NCBI RefSeq assembly: GCF_018350175.1 | Contig: NC_058369.1 | Location: 6,636,001-6,700,000, forward strand | From: Felis catus | Taxonomy: Eukaryota | Direction: 5' to 3' | Length of the DNA stretch: 64,000 bases | In this document: positions 51,034 through 62,216 of the stretch, piece by piece | Layout of the letters: the number at the start of each line of letters is the position of its first letter | Numbering within the stretch: position 1 is the first letter of the stretch | Position numbers and translations under genes: made by a program | Notes under the pieces: generated by a model | Database searches by the model: none | The model's input: the letters and a program-made list of their open reading frames with translations, nothing else | What the model was told of the DNA's origin: nothing

Positions 51034-51101
51034 CTGAGCAAGGTCAGTCTGCAGCCTGAGTACAGGGGGCCCACACTGGTGTTCTGGAACAAGGGTCCGA
51101 G
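51034..51101 (-). CDS. MUC16: MUC16 SEA exon (68 nt)
   Basis: LGPLFQNTSVGPLYSGCRLTLL(R). Confidence 0.95.
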
Positions 51102-51139
51102 CTGTGGGTGAGAGCAAGGAAACTTAATAGATGACCTGT

Positions 51140-51362
51140 GGGGCACCTGGGTGGCTCAGTCAGTTGAGTGTCCGACTTCGGCTCAGGTCATGACCTCACG
51201 GCTCTCGTGAGTTCCAGCCCCGGGTCAGGCTCTGTGCTGACAGCTCAGTGCCTGGAGCCTTCTTCGAATTCTGTGTCTCCTTCTCTCTCTGCCCCTCCCC
51301 CACTTGTGCTCCGTCTCTCTGTCTCTCAAAAATAGATAAATGTAAAAAAAATATTAAAAAAA
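51140..51362 (+). mobile_element. CAN-SINE with TSD
   Basis: Flanked by atagatga(c/t)ctgtg. Confidence 0.9.
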
Positions 51363-51534
51363 CATAGATGATCTGTGATGCAGGGGCAGGATGAGTATCG
51401 GTGGGTGGGGCAAGAGTGAGGTGGGAGGGGCTAGCTCCCGGAGGATGGGGCAGGAGTGGGTGGGGCTGGCACCAGAATGCAGGATGGAGACTAGGTGGGC
51501 GGGGCTGGCAGGATGAGGTGGGCGCGGCTCTCAC

Positions 51535-51659
51535 CTGGCGCTGCAGGGACCTCTCCGTGGTGTTAAATTTCAAGGATCCAGGAGGCTGCATGTCCTCAGC
51601 GTAGGGTAGGTTGGTGATAGTGAAGTTGAGGGTGAAAGGCACAAGGGGATGTCCCGTGG
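51535..51659 (-). CDS. MUC16: MUC16 SEA exon (125 nt)
   Basis: (A)TGHPLVPFTLNFTITNLPYAEDMQPPGSLKFNTTERSLQRQ. Confidence 0.95.
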
Positions 51660-52085
51660 CTGCAGCAGGGGAGGGAGAGGAGAGGCCAGGCTGTCAGGCC
51701 CGGGATGGATACGCGGCAGGGCCTGGGAATAGCAGCCGTCTCACTGGGGACTGTAGCAAGGGCTGAGGATCCTTGGGGACCTAATCTCAGAACCACCGGT
51801 GTGGACACGAGACCATCACATGATGCAGGCGAAGGTGGGCGTGATTTGCAGGAGACAGTTTACCACCTGCCATTCTTATTTACTCAAGCCCACGTTCAGG
51901 TACTTCCTTCCGTCCGCCTGACCACCCCCACGTGGTGGCCATTTCTCTGTGTCCAGCCAACAGCACAGAGGTGACGCACAGCTGAGTCTTACTGCAATGA
52001 CTTCCCAGGCTGTGTCCCTGATCTCTTCCCTCCCTGACAGCTGGAGGTGTGAGCCGGGGCCTGCAGCCTCCTTCCCTGGTGGTGG

Positions 52086-52086
<1 letters not shown>

Positions 52087-52118
<32 letters not shown>
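52087..52118 (+). repeat. G32 homopolymer
   Basis: 32 consecutive G. Confidence 0.9.
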
Positions 52119-52119
<1 letters not shown>

Positions 52120-52151
52120 GGGGGAGCTCCTGAAGACCCCTGAGTACTCAC

Positions 52152-52187
52152 CACTGGGGGCGGTTACTGGTGTCTGGTGGGTGTAGC
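52152..52187 (-). CDS. MUC16: MUC16 linker microexon (36 nt)
   Basis: (G)YTHQTPVTAPS; ctctccgcAG / GTGAGT. Confidence 0.9.
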
Positions 52188-52317
52188 CTGCGGAGAGAGG
52201 GCGAGAGAGAGGGAGGTGTTGAGGTGGAGCAGGACTAGAGAAGCCCCGGGGGTTGGGGTGGGGGGGGGGGAAACGTGAGCTTGACAGCTCAGCCAAGGGC
52301 AGGTGGCCGATACCCAC

Positions 52318-52490
52318 CACTGACACAGAGACTGTCCTGCTCCAGGGTGTAGGGGCCCAGCCAGGTGATACCACGGGTCAGCCGGCTCAGCTCCCAGTAC
52401 AGCTTCTCTCTATCCAGCCCGCGGCCCGCAGGGTCGGGGCGGTAGGAGCAGATTGTGTTCACCCTGGTGGCTGCTCCAGCCTTCTCGGGC
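52318..52490 (-). CDS. MUC16: MUC16 SEA exon (173 nt)
   Basis: (R)PEKAGAATRVNTICSYRPDPAGRGLDREKLYWELSRLTRGITWLGPYTLEQDSLCVS. Confidence 0.94.
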
Positions 52491-53999
52491 CTGGGGAGGG
52501 CAGGACACAGCGGTGCAGAAGGTTAAGATCCATCTGCAGAGGGCCCCTGAGGGCTACCATTATGGGGGCACCAGGGGGAAAGCCCGGAAGCGGTGCGGTT
52601 CCTGTCGACAGGCCCCAAGATGCTCGTCATCCACCACTGAGGGAATTTGCTCCACATGCTGAAAATGGTTCCTTCCGGGGCCGCCTCCTGAGACCGGGCC
52701 CCTCTGCGTTTTACGATGCACCATCGTCACACTGCCGGGCCTCACTTAAAATGGGAATCTGCCTTTGTTGGGAATCTGCTGAAATCCTTCCGGCTCCCTA
52801 CTGCCTGTGGATGAAGCCCCACTGTGCCGTCCCAACATGCACATCACGGCATTCACGGCCACCCCGCGCCTCCCCCCTTGCGGGTGAGAATGTCTGCTCT
52901 GCATGCTGGCTACCTTAGGCTCTCAGCTGTGGCTCCCTCTCCCTGAACCACTCCTCCTGGCCCGGAGCCATGTCTCCTGGCCACCGAGTCCTCCTCTCCA
53001 GGTACGAGCTGCCACTTCAGTTCCTCCTGGACCCACTACACTTCCCATCTCTCGGCACTGCAACAGTCTCTCCCGGCCTCAGTTTCTCATCTATAAAATG
53101 GGTGTAATCATGGTACCCAGGTATGTTTCGTGAGGATTAAGTCTGTCGATGTAAGTATAATGCTTACAACGGTATCTGGTACATCCCTAAGTGCTAGGGG
53201 AGTATCTGCCACTATTGTTTTATTCACCATTAAGTTATGTGTTTTTATATCATTAATCACATAATTCACATATAATTATTACATATAATTAATTTGTGTG
53301 CATATGTTTGCATGTGTTTGCATATAATTAATGTGGTACCCTCTTTTTGATGGCAGAGTCAATGCTTTGGCCTCCATGGAGATTTCAGAGCTCAGCATGG
53401 AGCTTGGACACAGTACGTGCTCAAGCAATGCTTCTGAATGCAAAGAAAATTTGTAGAACGCCAGGGCAGTGGTAGGAGGGCACTTCTGCTGTGGGTGCAT
53501 CAGTACCCTGGGCTAGACCCCAAGAAAGAGGGCCTCATTCCATCCTGCTCTATCCTAGCACCGCAGGGAGGGAATCCTTTCTCAAATTCTATTTTTGGAG
53601 CCATGGAGATATCCTGGGGAGATGCCCACCAAGGCTGAACCCTCCAGGGGACCTCGGAATGGAGAGGGCCCCCTCATGCTCAGAAGCCCCATCACTCGGT
53701 GAAAGGGGGCTGAGTTGCACATGTCTGCACTGGAAGGGAGCAGGGAATTGAAGGCTGGGATTATGGGGAAGGGAAGGGAACCCATGGTTCTCCCCAAAGA
53801 AAAGAAGGCAAGCTTAGTGGGAACAGGTATGGGCTCTGAGGAGGCTGGGCTTGAGTCCTGGCCCCACCACTTGACAGCCACTGGCTCTGAGAAGGCTCCT
53901 TAGCTTTTTTGTGCCTTGATGATTTCCCATCTATAAAATAGGGGTAATAGTAGTGACATTAAGAGAGTCCAGGGAGACGATGGACAGGAAGCATCTCGC

Positions 54000-54200
54000 C
54001 CAGTGACTCTAACCTGGGGCGCTCTGGATCAGGAGCCATTTGGCAATGCCTGGTGACAGATTTGGTCGTCACTACTTTGGGGTGGGGATACTACAGGCAT
54101 CTATCCAGTAGTCAAGATGCTGCTAACTAGCCTACAGTGCAGAGGACAGCCAGCCATGACAAGGACTCTCTGGCCCAGAATGTCAGTAGTGACCATACAC
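54000..54200. mobile_element. MER20 DNA transposon
   Basis: cagtgactctaacctgggg ... catttggcaatgcctggtgacagatttggtcgtcac ... tctggcccagaatgtcagtagtg. Confidence 0.7.
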
Positions 54201-54578
54201 CAAGAACTCCAATGTCTGACTAAGTATTTGCTGTGTGTCAGCCTTCAGAAATATTTGCATGTAGGGTGGACATGGTAGACTGGGGATCATAGCCTTTGTG
54301 AAGGATCAGGGATGGGTCCTTTATGAAGGAATTCGGTGCATACTTTCCAGCTGCTATGATTTGTCATTTTGTTCCCATTAAATATCGCACGGGAGATTTG
54401 AGACTCAGGAGGATGGAAAGGTCTGGAGCAGGGCCTGGGGGCCAGCAGCCCAAGGGACAGCGGTTACCCCAGGCTGGGAGCTGGAAAGGGCTGAGGCCAA
54501 AGTGAGGAGTGAGCCCTGGAGGACCGTGGTAAGAATCTCCACTGGGCCTCACTGGGCCATCTTCTCTGGGGGTCCCAC

Positions 54579-54646
54579 CTGAGCGAGGTCAGTCTGCAGC
54601 CAGAGTAGAGGGGGCCGACACTGGTGTTCTTGAATAAGGGTCTGAG
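54579..54646 (-). CDS. MUC16: MUC16 SEA exon (68 nt)
   Basis: LRPLFKNTSVGPLYSGCRLTSL(R). Confidence 0.95.
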
Positions 54647-54858
54647 CTGTTGAAGGAGAGGGAGGTGAGCGGAAGGTCTGAGCTTGACGAGGGCAGGGTT
54701 GGGGCAAGCTGGGTGGGGACGCAGCCGTTGGGGGACAGGGAGAGGTGGGTGGGGCACGGGGGAGGTAGGCGGGACATGGGAGAGGTAGGTGGGGCTGGGG
54801 TCAGTGGGTAGGCGGGCATCAGCAAGTGGTACAGGAATGAGGTGGGCGGGGCTCTCAC

Positions 54859-54983
54859 CAGGCTCTGCAAGACCTTCTCTATTTCGTTGAACTTGGCTGA
54901 ACCCATAAACTGCATGCTCTCTGTGTAGTGCAGGTTGGTGATGGTGAAGTTGAGGGTGAATGGAACCAGGCCAGGGCCGGAGA
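54859..54983 (-). CDS. MUC16: MUC16 SEA exon (125 nt)
   Basis: (V)SGPGLVPFTLNFTITNLHYTESMQFMGSAKFNEIEKVLQSL. Confidence 0.94.
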
Positions 54984-55821
54984 CTGCAGTGAGGTTGGGA
55001 GAAAAGTCATGCCCTGAGCCACTGTCGAAGCTGGGTTTAGGGATGGTGGGGTAGAGTCTGGATCCACATCCCTGGTGCCCAGTATATTCACATCTAGTTC
55101 AAGAGCTCAGAATATCTCCTCCCCAAATGGGAGACTTTATTTTGTTATTCTACTAATAGTAATGATGTTAATAATCACAACAAAAATAACCGCAATCATG
55201 AAAGCTGATGTTTGGTAAGAGCTTCCTCTATGCTCAGAACTTTCCATCCAGTATCTCGTGTAGTCCTCAAACAAACCCTGGAAGTGAATCCTTTTACTTC
55301 GTCCCAGTTGACAGAGGATGAAAACAAGTTTCAGAGAAGTTAAGTCACTTCCCCAAAGCCACACAGCTATTTTAGGACAGAAGCCCAAATTCTAGAGCTT
55401 GAATGACTTAAACATGAGTCCTGCCCATCTGCTGGCTGTGTGACCTCAGAAAAACACTCAGCCCCGCAAGAACCAGTCTGTGCCTCTCTCAAACAGAGAA
55501 AGAGCAGTGTCCATCCACTGGGGTCAAAGATCACACACGTAAAGCAGAGTCTGCATGATGTGACAAACGAACTGTGAATGGTGCTGTCACTGCTTTGTAG
55601 ACATTGTTGCTGTTGCTACTTACATCTGCTTTCTCTGCTTTCGTCTCTGCCCTTTGGGAATTAGTCCTGGATTTGCCCATGACTATTTCCATTCTACTCT
55701 AGCAGGAGGTAAAGCTTTGAGAGTTGTTCCAGAATGTACCACTGCATCTAATCTCACTAACCGACCCTCCATGGGTCCCCTAAGGCCAACACGGTCACAG
55801 GTTGGTCCCTGCCAGGTCACC

Positions 55822-56235
55822 TGAGGTAGACTGTAAAAGTGACCACAGATTCTACACCCTTGCAGTGTGGTGTGGCAGTCCCTTCTGCCAAGAGCCTATT
55901 TCTTGACTTTTGGCCGTGACTTGCTTTGGCCAATGGGATGGCCTCTCTTGCTTCTAGGAAGTCTGTGATCACCATATGAGGAAGCCGCAGATAGTCTATG
56001 GGATGATGAGAGGCCACATGAAGGGAACTGAGGCACCCCAGCCATCCGTCAGTTATCTTCCAAAAGCAGAGTCACCTAGCTTACGGGCAGGTGACTACAG
56101 ACACATAAGGGAGCCTGGTTCAGACCCAAGGAACTGTCCAGCTGACCTATATACTAGAGAGCAGAGCAGTATGTGATTGTTTTAATCCAGTAAATTTGAG
56201 GGTCATTTGTTATGCAGTAAAACCTAGCTGATACA
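55822..56235 (+). mobile_element. MaLR LTR (MLT1F-like)
   Basis: tgaggtagactgtaaaagtgaccacagattct ... gacttgctttggccaatggga ... tttgttatgcagtaaaacctagctgataca. Confidence 0.7.
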
Positions 56236-56490
56236 ACACCTTCACAGAAAGCAGAGTGGATTAAAAGGCATCACTGCTTTAGCCTGGGATTGAAAACCCA
56301 GAGTTACAGAGCTCTCCAAACCTAGGGATGGAGTTGGATTGGTCTGTTACAAAGGCATGGTCCCCAAAAATCATCCTCCCTACACTGTCCCCTTGTTGTG
56401 ACCTGCCTGCACATACCTTTTGCCCTTCTCATTGCTAAGCACAGAGGCACGTGGGTGGGAAGGAAGGAGACATGGAGAGAAGGCTCTTAC

Positions 56491-56553
56491 CTGTAGAGCT
56501 GGAGAAGGAGATTGGAGCTACTGAGGTTCCTGAGGGTGTGGAAATCACAGGAA
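56491..56553 (-). CDS. MUC16: MUC16 S/T/P linker exon (63 nt)
   Basis: (V)PVISTPSGTSVAPISFSSST; gtttgcttctcAG / CAG-GTAAGA; phase 1-1. Confidence 0.85.
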
Positions 56554-56783
56554 CTGAGAAGCAAACAGCAGAAATAAGAAAGATGCCACCTTATAACCTT
56601 GGAGATGCCAAAGACAGGGGCCCTTGATGCCCAGTCCGAGTCACAGAAGGTAGAGGTAGGGGTATGGGGGTGACCAGGCCCCTCAAGGCTTCCTTCCTCC
56701 ATGAGGCCCTGGGCTAGAGTAGAGGGAGCAGCTGTTCCCACAAGGTGTGGGGGCATAGAGCCATGTAGGGTTTGAGCACTTAC

Positions 56784-56819
56784 CACTGGGGATGGGGGTC
56801 AGTGGTGATCTGGTGTAAC
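56784..56819 (-). CDS. MUC16: MUC16 linker microexon (36 nt)
   Basis: (G)YTRSPLTPIPS; AG/GTAAGT. Confidence 0.9.
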
Positions 56820-57153
56820 CTGCAGAGAGTAGATAAGAGAGAGGTGGGATGTTTGAAAAGTTTAAGCAAAGGATGAAGGGGCTGGGCCACTGCTGGAAAG
56901 ACAGATTCCATCAGGAGGTCTTGTCCCTTCCAGACAGTGGGTAGTGCCTCCTATAACCTTTCTCTGACTCTCCACCTCCCTGTGTGTGATGTAGCCCTTG
57001 GTGGGGGAAGGAGGATCTCACAAGGAAAAGAAGAATGAGGACAAAAGCGTCTAGAGGCAGACAGGGATGTATCCTCTGTCCAGAGCTCAGGGCACCAACA
57101 GAATAATCCATCTGGGGTACAGGAGGAGACCCCTGTCACCACCAGATGCTCAC

Positions 57154-57326
57154 CGTTGACATAGAGACGGTCCCTGTCCAGGATGTAGGAACCGAGCTGG
57201 GTGACACCATGGGTCTGGCGGCTCAGTTCCCAGTAGAGGCGCTCCCTGTCCAGCTGGAGACCCGACGGGCCAGGTCGGTAGGTGCAGACAGCGTCAACTC
57301 CAGTGGCTGTTCCACCCCTTTCAGGC
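57154..57326 (-). CDS. MUC16: MUC16 SEA exon (173 nt)
   Basis: (R)PERGGTATGVDAVCTYRPGPSGLQLDRERLYWELSRQTHGVTQLGSYILDRDRLYVN. Confidence 0.94.
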
Positions 57327-57639
57327 CTGGGGAGAGAAGGACCTGGGCATGGGTATGGGACAGAGCGGCATCCCGGGCAGGACATCATTCTATCAGCCCG
57401 CCTGTATTTGAATGCCTGCTTCCCTGTTTTTTGTTGTCCAGACAGGAGCTGCTCATAAGAGGAGGGGCATCTTTACACAACAAAGGACCAGAGTGGGTGT
57501 TTTAGAGTCAGATGACCATTGGTTCAAACCTTGGCTCCGTCACTTGCTGAATAATCCACATAAGTGGGTCTAACTCGGTTCTCCCATCTTTGCAGTGTGG
57601 ATAACGCTCTAACCCTTTTGTTAGAATGTCATGGTGTTT

Positions 57640-57845
57640 GGCGGGTACCTGGGAGGCTCAGTTGGTTAAGCACTCAACTTCTGCTCAGATCATGATCTCA
57701 TGGTTCATGAGTTCAAGTCCCACATCGGGCTCTGTGCTCACAGCTTGGAGCCTGGAGCCTGCTTCAAATTCTGGGTCTCCCTCTCTCTCTGCCCCTCCCT
57801 GACTTGGGCTCTCTCTCTCTCTCAAAAATAAAAACATTTAAAAAT
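57640..57845 (+). mobile_element. CAN-SINE with TSD
   Basis: Flanked by agaatgtcatgg(t/g)gtttgg. Confidence 0.9.
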
Positions 57846-58908
57846 ATCATTTCAGAATGTCATGGGGTTTGGAAATGATACTAATATCTAGTTTTGGTGC
57901 CAGATACTCTTTAATTAATTGTTTAATTGTTCAACAAATATTCACAGAACCAAGCATTTACAGTCCCTAGCACTGGATAGCAGCTCTGAGCAGTTGATCC
58001 AACCCAACTTTTGGACCTGAGCATCTGAGCATGAGATGCTGCCTAGCAAAGACCCCCTACCCACCGTCCACCTGCCTCTTGTATTCCCAGCTCCCCGGCA
58101 AAGGAAGCAGGAAAAATTAACCCTGAAGGGCAGGTAGCACTGCCAGATTACTGGGGAGGGACAGAGTGTCCCTTGCACCTCAACAGGATGGAAGTGACCT
58201 GGAGCCAAGCTGCTTCTAGCTCTGGTCTCCTAGAAACTTGATAAAGGTGCAATGTCACTCGTGTTTCCCGGTGATGCTGCTTATGGTGAAAATGACCCCT
58301 TGTTGATGACCTGCATCTTTTCTGGGAGGGCTGAAAATGGACAACAATACCTGACGGGAAGCTATCGCTTTGGGCTTCCTTAGGCGTGGTAAACCTCTTA
58401 ACGTGTCAGGACTGTTATGAGAGACACTGGTTACCTTTTGGGACATGGAACATGTAAGCCTGAGTGGCCCCATCTCCTATCCACTGAAGTTACGTTTCTT
58501 TGCACATTAACCGTCATCTGGATTCCAAAAGAATAGTCCTTGGACTTCCAAGAAGGTTCTTACAAAAAAGAAAGGTCCGATGCTTGCCGTGCTGGCATGC
58601 CATTTCTTGTCTGAGTGTGACCTGTTCGGATCTTGCAAGTTTGATGATTGGATTGGATTTAAGATGACCTAGAGAGAGCTGGCACCAGAGCTGGGAACTG
58701 TGTGAGACACGCAAGGTGCCTGGATGCAACATTTAAGGGAGTGCTTGCTCTCAGGGGCTGTGCAGACACAGGGTGAGCACCTGAGGGGGAGCACCTCCTT
58801 AAATTTTGTGCCCTCGGCACCTACTTCCCTCCCCAGGCAAGGCCCTGGCCAGCCCAACCAGCCCATCCCTTACTATGCCTCCTAAGGCAAGACAAAGAAG
58901 TGGTCTCA

Positions 58909-59126
58909 GGGGCGCCTGGGTGGCTCAGTCCGACTTGGGTTCAGGTCATGATCTCACAGTTCGTGGGTTTGAGCCCCATATGGGGCTCTGTGCTGACAGA
59001 TCGGAGCCTGGAGCCTGCTTCGGATACTGTGTCTCCCTCTCTCTGCCCCTAACCCACTCGCATTCTGTCCCTGTCCCTCTCAAATATAAATAAACATTAA
59101 AACAATGTTTTTAAAAATTAAAAAAA
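58909..59126 (+). mobile_element. CAN-SINE inserted at a MUC16 splice donor
   Basis: TSD aaagaag(t/a)ggtctca at 58894-58908 and 59127-59141. Confidence 0.9.
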
Positions 59127-59142
59127 AAAGAAGAGGTCTCAC

Positions 59143-59210
59143 CTTAGTGTGGTCACTCTGCAGCCAATGTAGAGTGGACCAATGCTGCTGTTGGCAAACA
59201 AGGGCTTGAG
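59143..59210 (-). CDS. MUC16: MUC16 SEA exon (68 nt)
   Basis: LKPLFANSSIGPLYIGCRVTTL(R). Confidence 0.93.
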
Positions 59211-59566
59211 CTGGGAAGGAGGAAGAGGGTGAATGAAAAATAGACATAAAAGCAACCGTCATTTTAAAACACCATATTCAAAAATAAAACAGCAGCTCCC
59301 CAGTCATCTCGATACAACACTTAATTCTCAGAAGAACCCTTTGGGATCAATGCTTTTATGATCTTAGTTTTACAGAGGAGGAAATGGTACCAGAAGGCAA
59401 GATCACTACTCCGAAGGCACATCACTTCTCCATGGCAGATCCAAGTTTTGAACCTAGAAACTGTCTTCCCCTCCAGCCGTCCGTATCCTCCAGAAGTATA
59501 GGAAGGAGACTAAAAGAGGGTGGGGAGGACATTGGAAGAGAGGGATGGGTTTCAGGGGGTTCTCAC

Positions 59567-59688
59567 CAGGCATTGTAGAGCTGACTCTGTGTAGTTAAAC
59601 TTTGCCGAGCTCGGCTGCATGTCCTTCGTGTAGTGCAGGTTGATGATGGTAAAGTTCAGGGTGAAGGGCACTGGGGCAGGACCAGCAG
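59567..59688 (-). CDS. MUC16: MUC16 SEA exon (122 nt)
   Basis: xAGPAPVPFTLNFTIINLHYTKDMQPSSAKFNYTESALQCL. Confidence 0.93.
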
Positions 59689-60075
59689 CTGCAGTGGGGA
59701 AGGAGGAGAAGAGGCTATGCACTGAGTCGGGTCTGGACCAGCTGTAAGGCAATGGGCCACTGGGACACACAACCCTAGCCTGCTCAGAGGACTCTATCAT
59801 CTTGGAGATGCCAGGGAGAGACTACCCTCACCTGGGATGTTTTTGGGTATTGTTCTCTGTTCATCTGAGGCTGGGGATGGGGTGGGGGTAGGGAGCTGAG
59901 GCAGTGGTATGTTCTATTTCATGTGGTCCCGGCTTTGGCCACCTACGGAAACTGAAGATGGTGGTGTCTGGGCGTTTCCTAATGAGCCAGAGCTGGTGCC
60001 TGCCTGTCAGCAACTAGGGTATTTGTTCTTTCCCCTTTTATTGACCACGGTCACTTATTTGCTGCTCTGTAGACC

Positions 60076-60290
60076 TTTTTTTAAAAATATAATTTATTGT
60101 CAAATTGGCCTCCATACAACACCCAGTGCTCATCCCAACAAGTGCCCTCCTTGATGCCCATCACCCACTTTCCCCTCTCCCCCACCCCTCCTCAAACCTC
60201 AGTTTGTTCTCTGTATTTAAGAGTCTCTTATGGTTTGCCTCCCTCCCTCTCTGTTTGTAACTACTTTTTTTTCCCTCTTCCCTTCCCCCA
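60076..60290 (-). mobile_element. Carnivore L1 3' UTR fragment
   Basis: tttattgtcaaattggcctccatacaacacccagtgctcatccc ... aagagtctcttatggtttgcc. Confidence 0.85.
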
Positions 60291-60314
60291 TTAGCTCCTC
60301 GGGTATTTACTTCT

Positions 60315-60806
60315 TCATAGCAGGCTGGGAACCCATGAGCGCAAAAGCCTGCTAGGACCAAACTCAAGATTTTTCATATCCAATTGTTTTAAACATAGCC
60401 CAAACAGGCAGATTTCAGCTACTTTGAGCCTGCCTGCTTCACGCACCCCCATGAAACCGCACCCAACAACTTAGAGCTGTAAAAAGACCAACCCTGTGGC
60501 TACAAAGGGCCTAGCCACTAGCTGCCCATCAGAGCTATCTAACCCAGAGACTCCCCACCAGGCTCCTGAGTGACGTGAGGTAGACTGAGAACGCCTTCTC
60601 TGACCACTCTCCTCCCCTGGGAGTTCCCTTGCCCTGCTCCCCTTTTGAGGAGGGATCCTCATGCCCTAACCTCTTAAAGATGTCAGCTCCGAGGTTCCTC
60701 CCCGTCAGGCAAACTCGTGCTGCCCACCCACGTTTGTGTGCGCTACTGCCATCTACTGGTCATATCTTTTTCTTTGCTCAACGCCCAAATCCCTCAAAAC
60801 CCCTAG
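60315..60806 (+). mobile_element. Old ERVL-type LTR remnant (MER73/MER74-like)
   Basis: LTR-like composition and 3' end (ctactggtcatatctttttctttgctcaacgcccaaatccctc); family assignment tentative. Confidence 0.45.
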
Positions 60807-61122
60807 GCTGGGTTGAACGAACCTGAGACCAGGTGATGAACCAAGAACTAAGGACCCTAAGACTGTCTTGGCTCCAGCCAGCTTCTTTCTCCTACCAGGG
60901 CACCTTTGAAGACCCTCTCAGGCAGGTTCAGCCTTCAATGCCACGTTTGAAAATTTGCCTGAGGAACAATTTGTCAGCTAACGATTTTTCCCCCAATTAA
61001 CTCATTTAATAAGACTTATTTTATAAATAAGTCCTCTCAAGTATATCCTCATTCAAAAGTATATTTAAAGCAAGCAGGCAAAACCAGCTTCTTTCGGTTG
61101 TCTTTAAAAACAATTTTTTTAA

Positions 61123-62199
61123 ATGAATTACTGGGACCTTATGAAGATAAAAAGCTTCTGCACAGCAAAGGAAACAACCAACAAAACTAAAAGGCAACCA
61201 ATGGAATGGGAAAAGATGTTTGCAAATGACATATCAGACAAAGGGTTAGTATCCAAAATCTATAAAGAGCTCACCAAACTCCACACCCGAAAAACAAATA
61301 ACCCAGTGAAGAAATGGGCAGAAAACATGAATAGACACTTCTCTAAAGAAGACATCCGGATGGCCAACAGGCACATGAAAAGATGCTCAACGTCGCTCCT
61401 CATCAGGGAAATACAAATCAAAACCACACTCAGATATCACCTCACGCCAGTCAGAGTGGCCAAAATGAACAAATCAGGAGACTATAGATGCTGGAGAGGA
61501 TGTGGAGAAACGGGAACCCTCTTGCACTGTTGGTGGGAATGCAAATTGGTGCAGCCACTCTGCAAAACAGTGTGGAGGTTCCTCAGAAAATTAAAAATAT
61601 ACCTACCCTATGACCCAGCAATAGCACTGCTAGGAATTTACCCAAGAGATACAGGAGTACTGATGCATAGGGGCACTTGTACCCCAATGTGTATAGCAGC
61701 ACTCTTAACAATAGCCAAATTATGGAAAGAGCCTAAATGTCCATCAACTGATGAAAGGATAAAGAAATTGTGGTTTATATACACAATGGAATACTACAGG
61801 GCAATGAGAAAGAATGAAATATGGCCCTTTGTAGCAATGTGGATGGAACTGGAGAGTGTGATGTTAAGTGAAATAAGCCATACAGAGAAAGACAGATACC
61901 ATATGGTTTCACACTTATGTGGATCCTGAGAAACTTAACAGAAACCCATGGGGGAGGGGAAGGAAAAAAAACAAAAAGAGGTTAGAGTGGGAGAGAGCCA
62001 AAGCATAAGAGACTCTTAAAAACTGAGAACAAACTGAGGGTTGATGGGGAGTGGGAGGGAGGGGAGGGTGGGTGATGGGTATTGAGGAGGGCACCTTTTG
62101 GGATGAGCACTGGGTGTTGTATGGAAGCCAATTTGACAATAAATTTCATATATTGAAAAAAATAAAAAAAATTGATTGCATTGAAAAAAAATAAAAAAT
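61123..62199 (+). mobile_element. Young 5'-truncated felid L1 (ORF2 C-terminal 268 aa open, 3' UTR, A tail, 17-bp TSD)
   Basis: Uninterrupted ORF 61123..61929 with CCHC-region motifs ([23 protein letters not shown]); TSD aaaaacaatttttttaa at 61106-61122 and 62200-62216. Confidence 0.95.
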
Positions 62200-62216
62200 A
62201 AAAACAATTTTTTTAA

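Larger units (their letters stand above)
21910..59688 (-). other. MUC16: MUC16 (CA125) gene, 3' portion: 35 coding exons, 8 SEA modules, TM and tail; continues beyond the window
   Basis: Repeating 125/68/173/36-nt exon pattern with GT-AG boundaries and a continuous reading frame; C-terminus matches MUC16. Confidence 0.95.

Noticed and set aside
51876..52918. Poly-Pro and poly-Gly ORFs
   Set aside because: Derived from the G32 tract and antisense or intronic frames
59943..59999. Possible spacer exon (TSSGSLGNAQTPPSSVSV)
   Set aside because: Purine-rich acceptor region and weak GTGGCC donor
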